Shown here: in pieces, positions 26,807-39,957 of the stretch | Numbering within the stretch: the first letter of the stretch is position 1 | How the letters are laid out: every line of letters starts with the position of its first letter | Assembly: GCF_009914755.1 (NCBI RefSeq) | Contig: NC_060940.1 | DNA: 64,000 nucleotides | Origin: the human T2T-CHM13v2.0 reference genome, Homo sapiens | Direction: 5' to 3' (one strand) | Made by a program: the position numbers and the translations under genes | The notes under the pieces: generated by a model | The model's database searches: none | Told to the model about the DNA's origin: nothing | What the model saw: the letters and a program-made list of their open reading frames with translations, nothing else

Positions 26807-29800
26807 AGTGATGATTCCATTTGATTCCATCTGATGATGATTTCATTTGATTCCATTCGATGATGATTCCATTGGAGTCCATTGAATGATTCAATTCAAT
26901 TCCATTCCATGTGGATTCCATTCGAATTCATTCGATTATTCCATTCAAATCCCTTCGTTGATTCCATCTGATTCCACTTGACGATGATTCCATTCAAGTC
27001 CAATCGATGATTCCATTCGGTTCCATTCAATGATTCCATTCGAGTCCATTTATGTATTATATTCGTGTCCACTTGATGACTCACTCCATTCAATTCCATT
27101 TAATGATGATTCCATTTGATTCCATTTGATGATTCAGTTCGATTCCTTACAATGATTCCCTACGATTCCTTTCTATGATGATTCCATTCGATTCCATTCA
27201 TTGATGATTCCATTCGACTCCATTCGATGATGATTCCTTTCGATTCCATTTGACGATGTTTCCATTTGAGTCCATTCGATGATGATTCAATTCAGTTCTG
27301 TTCTATTATGAATCCATTCGATTTCATTCAATGCTTCTATTTTATTCCATTCGACGATGATTCCATCTCTTTCCCTTCGATGTTTCCATTTGATTCCATT
27401 CAGTGATGATTCCATTTGATTCCATCTGATGATGATTTCACTTGATTCATTTCAATGATGATTCCATTCAAGTCCATTCGATGATTCCATTGGAGTCCAA
27501 ACGATCATTCCATTCGATTCCATTCAATGATGATTCCATTCATGTCCATTCAATGAATCCTTTCAATTCCATTCGATGATGACTCCATTCGAGTACATTC
27601 GATGATTCCATTTGATTCCATTTGATGATGATTACATTCAATTCCATTCGAAGATGATTCCATTCAATTCCACTTGATGATGATTCCGTATGAATCCATT
27701 CGCTGATTATTCCATTCGATTCCATTCATTGACGATTCCATTTGATTCCATTCAATGATGATGCTCTTCTATTCCATTCGATGATTCCGGTCGATTCCAT
27801 TCGATGATGATTCCATTAGATTCCATTCGATTGTTGCATTCGATTCCCTTCGATGATGATTCCTTTGAATTCCATTCTATTATGATTCCGTATGAATCCA
27901 TTTGATGATTATTCCATTGGATTCCTTTCGATGATGATTCCATTCGATTCCATTTGATGATGTTTCTCATGTATTCCATTTGATAATTCCTTTCAATTCC
28001 CTTCGATGATGATTCTTTCGAGTCAATTCGATGATTCTATTCCATTCCCTTCGATGATGATTCCATTTCACTCCATTCGATGATTCCATTCGATTCAATT
28101 TGGTGATGATTCAATTCGATGACATTCAATGACTCCATTCAATTTCATTTGATGATGATTACATTCGAGTCCATTTGATGATTGTATTCCTTTCCTTTTG
28201 ATGATTATTCCATTCGTGTCTATTCAAAGATTCCATTCTATTCCATTCAATGATGATTCCAATTGATTCCATTCAATGATTATGGCTATCGATTCCACTC
28301 GTTGATTCCATTTGATTCCATTCGATGATTATTCCGTTAGATTCCATTAGGAGATTCCATTCGATTTTATTCAATGATTCCAATTGATTCCATTCAATGA
28401 TGATTCCATTCGACTCCATTCAGTGATTCCATTTGAGTCCATTTGATGATTCCATTCGAGTCCATTTGATGATTCCATTCTTTTCCATTTGATGATGATT
28501 CCATTAGGGTCCATTCAATGATTCCATTCGAGTCCATTCGTTAATGCCTTTCGAGTCCTTTTGATCACTACATTCGAGTCCATTCAATGATTCTATTCGA
28601 TTCCATTCCATGATGATTCCATTCGAGTTCATTCGATGATTGCATTCGAGTCCATTTGATGATTCCATAAGATTCCATTCGACAATGATTCCATTCGTGT
28701 CCATTTGATGATTCCATTCATTTCCTATCGATGAAGATTCCATTCGAGTGTATTCGATGATTCCATTCAAATCCATTCGATGATGATTCCATTCCAGTCC
28801 ATTCGATCATTCCACTTGATTCCATTTGATGACTATTCCATTCAAATCCATTTGATGATTCCATTCGATTCCATTCGATGTTACCATTCCAGTATATACG
28901 ATGATTCCACTCGAATCCATTTGATGATTATTCCATTGGAGTCGACTTAGTGAATCCTTTAGATTCTACTCGAAGATGATTCCATTCGAGTCCATTCGAT
29001 GATACCATTCAATTCCATTCGTTGATGCTTCCATTCAAGTGCATTCGATGATATCATTCGATTCCATTTGATGATAATTCCATTTGATTCCATGTGATGA
29101 TTCTATTCCATTCCATTCAATGATAATTCCATTCAATTCAGTGATTCCTCTGGACTCCATTTGATGATGATTCCATTCAATGATTCCATTCGATTCTATT
29201 CGAAAATGATTCCATTTGAATCCATTTGATGATGATTCCATTCGATTCCATTTGATGATTCCATTCGATTCCATTCGACGATGATTCCATTCGATTCCAT
29301 TTGATGATTCCATTCTATTCTATTCGATGATGATTCCATTCGATTCCATTCGATGATGATTGGATTCGATTCCATTTGATGATTTCATTTGATTCCATTC
29401 GATGATGATTTCGATCAATTCCATTCGATGATTCCATTCGATTCCATTTGATAATGATTACATCCGAGTCCATTCGATGATTCCATTTGAGCCCGTTCGA
29501 TAATTCCATTTGAGTCCAATCAATGATTCCATTCATTTCCATTCAATGATTCCATTCGAGTCCATTTGATCATTCCGGTAGGGTCCGTTCGATGTTGATT
29601 CCATTGGAGTGCATTCGATGATTCCATTCGAGTCCATTTTAGGATTTGATTCGAGTCCTTTCGATGATTCCATTCGATTCCACTCGATGCGATGATGATT
29701 TCATTCGAGTCCATTCGACACTTCCAATCGATTCCATTTGATGTTTCCATTCGAGTTCAATTGATGATTCCATTCAATTCCATTCGATGATGATTCCGTA

Positions 29801-32800
29801 CGATTCCATTCTGTGATGATTCCATGTGATTGCATTCAATGATGATTCCTTTCGATTGCATTCGATTATGATTCATTTCGTGTTCATTCTATGGTTCCAC
29901 AGGTTTCACATCGTGTCCATTCCATTATTCCATTCTATTCCATTTGATGATGATTCCATTCGATTCCATTCATTGGTGATTCCACTCAATTCCATTCAAT
30001 GATTCCATTCCATTTCTTTCAACAATGATTCCATTAGTTTCTAATCGATGATCCACTTGATTCCATTTGACGATGATTCCATTCTTGTCCATTCGATGAT
30101 TCCATTTGATTCCATATGATGATGATTCCATTCGATTCCATACGATGATGATTCCATTCGAGTCCATTCAATGGTGATTCCATTCAATTCCATTCGATGA
30201 TTCCTTTCGATTCCATTTGATGATGATGGCATTCGATTCCTTTCATTCATTCCCTTTGATTCCACTCAAAGGTGATTTCATTCAAGTCCATTCGATAATT
30301 GCATTCGATTCCATTCTATGATGATTCCATTCGAGTCCATTTGATGATTCCATTCAATTCAAGTCAATGATGATTCCATTCGATTCCATTCGATGATTCC
30401 ATTGGATTCCATTCGATGATGATTCCATTCAAATCCATTCGATAATTCAATTCACGTCCATTCGATGATGATTCCAATCGAATCCATTCAAAGATTCCAT
30501 TCAATTCCATTCGATGATTCCCTTAGATTCCATTCGATGATTCCACTTGATTCCATTTACGATGATTCCATTCGATTCCATGTGATGATTCCATTCAATT
30601 CTATTCAATGATGTTTCCATTTGATTCCATTCGACCATGATTGCCTTTGATTCCATTCAATGATTCCATTCGGTTCCGTTTGATGATGATTCCGTTCGAT
30701 TCCATTTGATGATTCCATTTGATTCCATTGGATGAGTCCATTCGATTACATTCGATGATTATTCCATTCGAGTGCATTAGATGATTCCATTCGAGTCCAT
30801 TCGATGATTCCATTCGAGTCCATTCGATGATTCCATTCGATTCCATTCGATGTTGATTCTGTTCAAATCCATTCGATGATTCCACTCGATTCCATTCGAT
30901 GACTCCAGTTGATCCCATTCGATGATTTCCTTTGATTCCCTTTGATGATCATTCCATTTGATTCAATTCGGTGATTTCATTTGATTCCATTCAGTGATGT
31001 TTCCATTCGACTCCATTCGATGATGATTCCATTCGACTACATTCGATTATGATTTCATTCAATTCCATTCGATAAAGATTCCCTTCGAGTCCAATCGATG
31101 ATTCCATTCGATTCCATTCAACGATGATTTGATTCGTGTCCATTCGATGATTCCATTTGATTCCACTTGATGAGGATTCCATTCGAGTCCATTTGATGAT
31201 TCCATTCAATTCCATTCTCCGATGATTTCTTTTGAGCCCATTCATTGCTTCCACTCGATTACATATGATGATGACTCCATTCGATGAAACTCGATGATGA
31301 TTCCATTCGCTTGCATTCGATGATGATTCCACTTGAGTCCGTTAGACGATTCTATTCAATTACATTCCATGACGATTCCGTTCGAGTCCATTTGATGATT
31401 CCATTAGACTCCATTCGACAATGATTCCATTCAATGTTATTCGATGATTCCATTCTATCTCATTCGATGATGATTCCATTCAACTCCATTCGATGTTTCC
31501 ATTCGAGTTCATTCTATTATTCCATTAGATTCCATTCGATGATGATTCCATTCGATTCCATTTGATGATTGCATTCTATTTCATTTGATGATGATTCCAT
31601 TCGAGTCCATTCGATGATTCCATTCGAGTCCATTTAATGAATCCATTGGTTTCAATTCTATGATGATTATATTGGATTCCATTCGTTGATGATTTCATTC
31701 GATTCCATTCAATGATGATTCCATTCAATTCCATTCAATGATTCCATTCAATTCCATACGATGATGATTCCATTTGATTTGATTCGACAGTGAGCCATTC
31801 GATTCAATTCCATGATGATTCTATTTGATTCACTTGGTTGACATTTCCATTCGATTGCATTCGATGATGATTCCATTTGATTCCATTCAAAGATGATTCC
31901 ATTCTAGCCCATTCAATCATTCCATTCGATTCTATTCAATGATGATTCCATTCATGTCGATTTGGTGATTCCATTTGACTTCATTTGATGATGATTCCTT
32001 TCAAGTTCATTAGATGATTCCATTCGATTCCATTTGATGATGATCCCATTCGAGTCCATTCAGTGATTCCACTCGTTTCCATTCCATGATGATTCCATTC
32101 CATTCCATTCAATGATTCCATTCGATTCCGTTTGATGATGATTTCATTCGAGTCCATTTGATGATTCCATTTGATTCCATTCGATGATGATTCCATTCGA
32201 GTCCATTCGATGATTCTATTCGAATCCATTTGATGATTTCTTTTGATTATATTTGGTGATGATTCCATTGGAGTCCATTCAATGATTCCATTCGATTCCA
32301 ATCGATGGTGGTTCCATTAGAGTCCATTTAATGATTCCATTTCATTCCAGTCTCTGATGTTTACATTCGAGTCCATACGATGATTCCACTCAATTCCATA
32401 TGATGATGATTCCATTCGATTCCATTCGATGATTCCATTCTATTCTATTCAATGGTGATTCCATTCGAGTACATTAGATGATTCCATTCGATTCCATTCA
32501 ATGATGATTCTATTTGTGTCCCTTAGATGATTCCACATGCTTTCATTAGATGATGATACTATTTGAGCCCATCCAATGATTCCCTTCGATTCCATTCGAT
32601 GAGGATTCCATTCGATTCAATTCATTGGTGATTCTATTCAATTCAATTCTTTGATTCAATTCCATTCCATTCGACAATGATTCCATTCGATTTCTTTCGA
32701 TGATTCCACTCAATTTCACTTGACATTGATTCCATTCGATTCCATTCAATGATTCCATTTGATTCCAGTGGATGATGATTGCCGTCGATTCCATTCGATC

Positions 32801-35800
32801 ACTCCATTCTGTTCCATTTGATGATGATTACATTCGATTCCATTTGATGATTCCATCTGATTCTATTCGAGGATTCCATTTGATTCCATTCGATGATGAT
32901 TCCATTCGAGTCCATTCGATGATTTCATTCGAGTACATCCAATGATTCCATTCGAGTCCATTTGATGATTCCATTTCATTCCATTTGATTATGATTCTAC
33001 TAGAGTCCATTCAATGACTCCATTCGAGTCCATTCAACAGTTCCATCCGAGTCCATTCGATGATTCCATTCGATTCCATTTGATGATTCCATTTGAGTCC
33101 ATTTAATCATTACAGTCGAGTCCATTTGGTGATTCCACTGGATTTCTTTTGATAATGATACCATTCAATTACATTTGATGATGATCCCATTCAATTTCAT
33201 TTGATGATGATTCCATTAGAGTCCATTCGATGATTTCATTCGAGTCCCTTCATTGATTCCATCCGATTTCATTTCATGATGACTCCATTCGAGTCCATTC
33301 GATGATTCCACTCGATTCCATTAGATGATTCCATTGGAGTCCATTTGATTGTTCCATTCGATTCCATTCGATTCCTTTCGAAGATTATTCCATTTGAGTC
33401 CATTCGATGATGATTCCATTCCATTCCATTCGATGATTCCGTTTGATTCCATTCGATGATTCCCTGCGATTCCTTTTTATGATGATTCCATTCCATTCCA
33501 TTCAATGATTCCATTCGAATCTATTCCATGATGATTCCTTTCGATTCCATTCGCTGATGTTTCCGTTCAATTCCATTCGATGATGATTCCATTCGATTCC
33601 ATTCATTGAGGATTCCATTGGATTCCATTCAATGATGATTCCATTCTATTCCATTCAATGATTGCATTCAATTCCATTCAATGATTATGCCATTAGAGTA
33701 AATTCAACGATTCCATTCAATACCATTCGATGATGATTCCTTTTGAGTCCATTCAATGATTTCATTCAAGTCCATTTGATGATTCCTTTCAATTCCATTC
33801 CATGATGATTCCATTCGAGTCCATTCGATGATTCCATTCGATTGCATTCGATGATTCCATTATATTCCATTCAACGATGATTCCATTCGAGTCCATTCGA
33901 TGATTCCATTAGAGTACATTTAATGATTGCTTTGTTTTCAATTCGAAGATGATTACATTGGATTCCATTCTATGATTCCATTCGATTCCATTCATTGATG
34001 ATTCCACCCAATTCCATTCGATGATGATTCCATTCGATTTCAATGATTCTACTCGATTCCATTCAATGATGATTCGATTCTATTCCGTTTGATGATTCCA
34101 TTAGATTCCATTCTATGATGATTCCATTCGAGTCCATTCGAAGATTTCATTCGATTACATTCCATGACGATTCCATTCGAGTCCATTCGATGATTCCATT
34201 TGAATCCATTCGACGATGATTCCATTTGATGCTATTCGATGATTCCATTGGATTCCATTCGATGATGATTCCATTCGACTTGATTTGATGTTTCTATTTG
34301 AGTCCATTCGGTTATTTTATTAGACTACATTCGATGATGATTCCATTCGATGCCATTCAATGATTCCATTTGATTCCACTCAATGATGATTGCATTCGTG
34401 TCCATTCGATGATTCCATTTGGTTCCATTTGATGATGATTCCATTCGAGTCCATTCGATGATACCATTCAATTCCATTCGATGATCATTCCATTCGAATC
34501 CATTTGATGATTCCTCTCAATTCCATTTGATGACTCCTTTCATTCCCATTCGATGATTCCCTTCAGTTCCAATTGGATGATCTTTCCATTTGATTCAATA
34601 TGGTGACTCCATTCTATTATATTCAATGATGATTCCATTCGACTCCATTAGATGATGACTCCATTCCATTCCATTCGATTGTGATTTCATTCGATTCCAT
34701 TCGAAGATGATTCCATTCGAGTCCATTTGATGATTCCATTCGATTCCATTCAATGATGATTCCACTCAAATCCATTGGATGATTCCATTCGTTTCCAATT
34801 GGTGATTTCATTAGATTCCATTCGAGGATGATTCTATTCGAGTCCATTCAATGATTCCATTGGATTCCGTTTGATAATGATTCCATTAGAGTTCATTCGA
34901 TGATTCCCTTCGAGTCCATTCGATTATTTCTTTTGATTCCATTTGATGATGATTCCATTCGATTCCATTCAATGATTCCATTCCATTCCATTCGATGATG
35001 ATTCCATTCGATAATGATTACATTCGAGCCCATGTGATGATTCCATTAGATTCTATTCAATGATGATTCCATTCGACCACATTCGATGATGGCATTCGAG
35101 TCCATTCGATGATTTCACTCGATTCCACTTGATGATGATTCCTTTTGAGTCCATTTGATGATTACATTCGAGTCCATGAGATGACTCCATTCGATTCCAT
35201 TTCATGATGATGCAATTCGAGGCTATTCGATCATCCCATTTTAGTGCATTCGGTGATTCTCTTTTATTACATTCGATGAGGGCTCCATTCGAGTCCATTC
35301 AATGATTCCATTAGATTCCACTCGATGATGATTCCATTTGAGTCCATTCAAAGATTCCTTTCGAGTCCATTCGATAATTCTATTGGATTCCACTAGGTGA
35401 TGATTCCTTTCGAGTCAATTCGATGATTCCTTTCAAGTGCCTTCAATGATTCCATTCGATTCCATTCGATGACGATTCATTTCAAGTCCATTCAATGGTT
35501 CCATTCTGTTGAATTTGATGGTTCCATTTGATTCCATTCGATGATGATTCCATTCGTGTCCATTGGATGATTCCATTCGATTCCTTTCGAGGAAGATTCC
35601 ATTCGACTCCATTCGATGATTCCGTTCGATTCCATTCCATGATGATTCCATTTGATTCCATTCCATGATTCCATTCGATACCATTCGATGATGATTCCAT
35701 TCGACTCCATTTGATGAATCCATTCAATGCTTCCATTCGAGTCCATTCGATGATTCCATTCGATTCCATTCCATGAAGATTCCATTCGAGTACATTTGAT

Positions 35801-37413
35801 GATTCCATTTAATTCCATAGGATGATGATTCTATTAGGGTCCGTTGACTATTCCATTCAATTCCATTCGAAGATTCCATTCGAGTCCACTCGATGATTCT
35901 ATTTGATTCCATTTGATAATTCCATTCGATTCCATTTGATGTTGATTCCATTCGAGTCCATTCGATCATTATTACATTTGATTCTATTCGATGATTCCAT
36001 TCGATTCCATTTGATGAGGATTCCATTCGAGACCATTTGATGATTCCATTCAATTCCATTGGATGATTCCAATATTTTCCATTAGATGATGATTCCATTC
36101 GATTCCATTCAATGATGATTCCATCAGAATCCATTCGATGATGACTCCTTTTGCTTCCATTCAATGATCATTACATTCGGTTCCATTCGATGATGATTCC
36201 TTTGGATTCCATTCGATGATGCTTCCATTCGATTCCATTTGATGATGATTCTTTTCGATTCCATTTGATGATGATTCCATTTGATTCCATTCGATGGTGA
36301 TTCCATTTGATGATTCCATTCGATTGTATTCGATGATGATTCCACTCGATTCTATTTGATGATGACTGCATTCGATTCCATTTGATGATTCCATTTGATT
36401 CCATTCGATGATGATTCTGATCAATTGCATTCGATGATCCATTCGATTCCATTTGATGGTTCCATTTGATTCCATTTGATAATGATTCCTTTCGAGTCCA
36501 TTCGATGATTCCATTTGCGGATATTCGATAATTCCATTTGAGTCCAACCGATGATTCCATTCGAGGCCATTCAATCATTCTTTTTGAGTCCTTTCGATAA
36601 AGATTCCATTTTAGTCCATTCAATAATTCCACTGGAGTCCATTCGATGATTGCTTTTAATTCCATTCGATGATATTCCATTCGAGTCCATTCGATGATTC
36701 CATTCGTTGCTATTAGATGATGATTCCATTCATGACCATTTGGTGATTCCATTCGATTTCATTCGTTGATGATTCCATTCGAGTCCATTCCATGATTCCA
36801 TTCAAGTCCATTTGATGATTTCTTTGAATTCAATTCGATGATGATTCCATTCGAGTCCATTCGATGATTCCATTCAGTTCCATTCGATGATGATTCCTTT
36901 CGAGACCATATGATGATTCCATTTGATTTCATTCGATGATGATTCCATTCGATTCCATTCGATGATTCCATTCTATTCCATTCGATGACGATTCCATTCG
37001 AGTCCATTTAATGATTCCATTGGGTTCAATTCAATGATGATTACATTGGATTCTCTTCTATGATAGCATTCAATTCCGTTCATTGACAATTTGATTCCAT
37101 TCGATGATGATTCCATTTGAGTTCATTCGATGATTCTATTCGATTCTCTTCGATGGTGATTCAATTCTATTATATTGGATGATTCCATTCGATTCCATTT
37201 GATGTTGATTCAATTCGATTCTATTCGATGATGATTCCATTGGATTTCATTTGATGATTCTATTCGATTCCATTCAATGATGATTCACTTCTCGTCCATT
37301 GGATGATTCCATTTCATTCCATTCGATGATGATTCCATTCGATTCCATTCGATGATTCCATTTGATTCCATTCGACGTTGAGCAATTCGATTCAATTCCA
37401 TGATGATTCTATT

Positions 37414-37424
37414 TGATTCAGTTA
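37414..37424 (-). promoter_or_regulatory. DUX4-consensus match TAACTGAATCA (also 50083, 62752)
   Basis: + strand TGATTCAGTTA; its reverse complement fits TAAYBBAATCA. Motif match only. Confidence 0.45.
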
Positions 37425-38229
37425 GATGATGTTTCCATTCGAATCCATTCCATGATTATTCCATTGGAATCCATTCGGCGATGATTCCATATGAGTCAAT
37501 TCAATGATGCTTCCATATGGGTCAGTTCGATGATAATTCCATTTGATTTCATTCGATGCTTCTATTCAATTCCAGTCGATGATGATTCCGTTGGAGTCCA
37601 TACGATGACTCCATTTGATTTCATTTGATGATGATTCCATTCGATTCCATTCGATGACTCCATTCTGTTCCATTCGATGATGATTCCATTCGAGTCCATT
37701 CGATGATTCCATTCGAGTCCATTTCATGATTCCATTGGGTTCAATTCGATGATGATTACACTGGATTCCATTCTATGATTCCATTCAATTCCATTCGTTG
37801 ATGATTCGATTCCATTCAATGATGATTCCATTTGAGTTCATTCGATGATTCTATTCGATTCCGTTCGATGGTGATTCAATTCTATTATATTGGATGATTC
37901 CATTCGATTCCATTTGATGATGATTCCATTCGATTCCATTCGATGATGATTCCATTTGATTCCATTTGATGTTGATTCTATTCGATTCTATTCAATGATG
38001 ATTCCATTCGATTTCATTTGATGATTCTATTCGATTCCTTTCGATGATTCTATTCCATTCCATTCGATGATGATTCAATTCTCTTCCATTGGATGATTCC
38101 ATTTTATTCCATTCGACGATGACTCCATTTGATTCCATTCAATGATGATTCCATTCGATTCCATTCGGTGATTCCATTTGATTCCATTCGACGGTGAGCA
38201 ATTTGATTCAATTCCATAATGATTCTATT

Positions 38230-38240
38230 TGATTCAATTA
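38230..38240 (-). promoter_or_regulatory. DUX4-consensus match TAATTGAATCA (also 50899, 63568)
   Basis: + strand TGATTCAATTA. Motif match only. Confidence 0.5.
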
Positions 38241-38280
38241 GATGATGTTTCCATTCGAATCCATTCGGTGATGATTCCAT

Positions 38281-39957
38281 TGGTATCCATTCGACGATGA
38301 TTCCATATGAGTCAATTCGATGATGATTCCATACGAGTCCGTTGGATGATAATTCCATTTGATTTCATTCAATCCTTCTATTCGATTCCATTTGATGATG
38401 ATTCCATCTGAATCCATTCTCCGATTCCATTCGATTTCATTCGATGCTTCTATTTGATTTCATTCGAAGATGATTCCTTTCAATTCCGTTCATTAATTCC
38501 ATTTGATTCCATTCGATGATGATTCCATCCGATTCCATTGGATTATGATTCCATTCGAGTCCATTCGATGATTCCGTTCTAATCCATTCTATGATTCCAT
38601 TCGAGTCCATTCGATGATTCCATTCGATTCCATTCAGTGATGATTCCATTTGATTCCATCTGATGATGATTTCATTTGATTCCATTCGATGATGATTCCA
38701 TTGGAGTCCATTGAATGATTCAATTCAATTCCATTCCATGTGGATTCCATTCGAATTCATTCGATTATTCCATTCAAATCCCTTCGTTGATTCCATCTGA
38801 TTCCACTTGACGATGATTCCATTCAAGTCCAATCGATGATTCCATTCGGTTCCATTCAATGATTCCATTCGAGTCCATTTATGTATTATATTCGTGTCCA
38901 CTTGATGACTCACTCCATTCAATTCCATTTAATGATGATTCCATTTGATTCCATTTGATGATTCAGTTCGATTCCTTACAATGATTCCCTACGATTCCTT
39001 TCTATGATGATTCCATTCGATTCCATTCATTGATGATTCCATTCGACTCCATTCGATGATGATTCCTTTCGATTCCATTTGACGATGTTTCCATTTGAGT
39101 CCATTCGATGATGATTCCTTTGGTATCCATTCGACGATGATTCCATATGAGTCAATTCGATGATGATTCCATACGAGTCCGTTGGATGATAATTCCATTT
39201 GATTTCATTCAATCCTTCTATTCGATTCCATTTGATGATGATTCCATCTGAATCCATTCTCCGATTCCATTCGATTTCATTCGATGCTTCTATTTGATTT
39301 CATTCGAAGATGATTCCTTTCAATTCCATTCATTAATTCCATTTGATTCCATTCGATGATGATTCCATCCGATTCCATTGGATGATGATTCCACTCGAGT
39401 CCATTCGATGATTCCGTTCTAATCCATTCTATGATTCCATTCGAGTCCATTCGATGATTCCATTCGATTCCATTCAGTGATGATTCCATTTGATTCCATC
39501 TGATGATGATTTCATTTGATTCCATTCGATGATGATTCCATTGGAGTCCATTGAATGATTCAATTCAATTCCATTCCATGTGGATTCCATTCGAATTCAT
39601 TCGATTATTCCATTCAAATCCCTTCGTTGATTCCATCTGATTCCACTTGACGATGATTCCATTCAAGTCCAATCGATGATTCCATTCGGTTCCATTCAAT
39701 GATTCCATTCGAGTCCATTTATGTATTATATTCGTGTCCACTTGATGACTCACTCCATTCAATTCCATTTAATGATGATTCCATTTGATTCCATTTGATG
39801 ATTCAGTTCGATTCCTTACAATGATTCCCTACGATTCCTTTCTATGATGATTCCATTCGATTCCATTCATTGATGATTCCATTCGACTCCATTCGATGAT
39901 GATTCCTTTCGATTCCATTTGACGATGTTTCCATTTGAGTCCATTCGATGATGATTC
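38281..39957 (+). repeat. 840-bp tandem duplication inside long HOR
   Basis: Lines starting 38281 and 39121 are identical (TGGTATCCATTCGACG...). ORFs 38437/39277 and 38725/39565 are offset by 840. About 3 substitutions seen. Confidence 0.92.

Larger units (their letters stand above)
26807..39475 (+). repeat. 12,669-bp HOR copy A
   Basis: Matching ORF-track entries recur at +12,669 (26896->39565, 30991->43660, 36171->48840). Left edge at CCATTC|AGTGATG (26807 pairs with 39476). Confidence 0.92.

Noticed and set aside
24505-28900. Possible transposon insertion or inversion at the domain boundary
   Set aside because: The sequence remains same-strand HSat2, with no poly(A), target-site duplication, Alu/L1 sequence or GGAAT-strand tract.
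29688-29692. 5-bp insertion (GCGAT) specific to long-HOR copies (also ~42,358 and ~55,027)
   Set aside because: It is a small local slippage, useful only as a lineage marker, with no functional implication evident.
36171-36752. Longest ORF, 193 aa, identical in three copies
   Set aside because: The identity reflects recent DNA duplication. Overlapping frames are also open and the composition is pure satellite.
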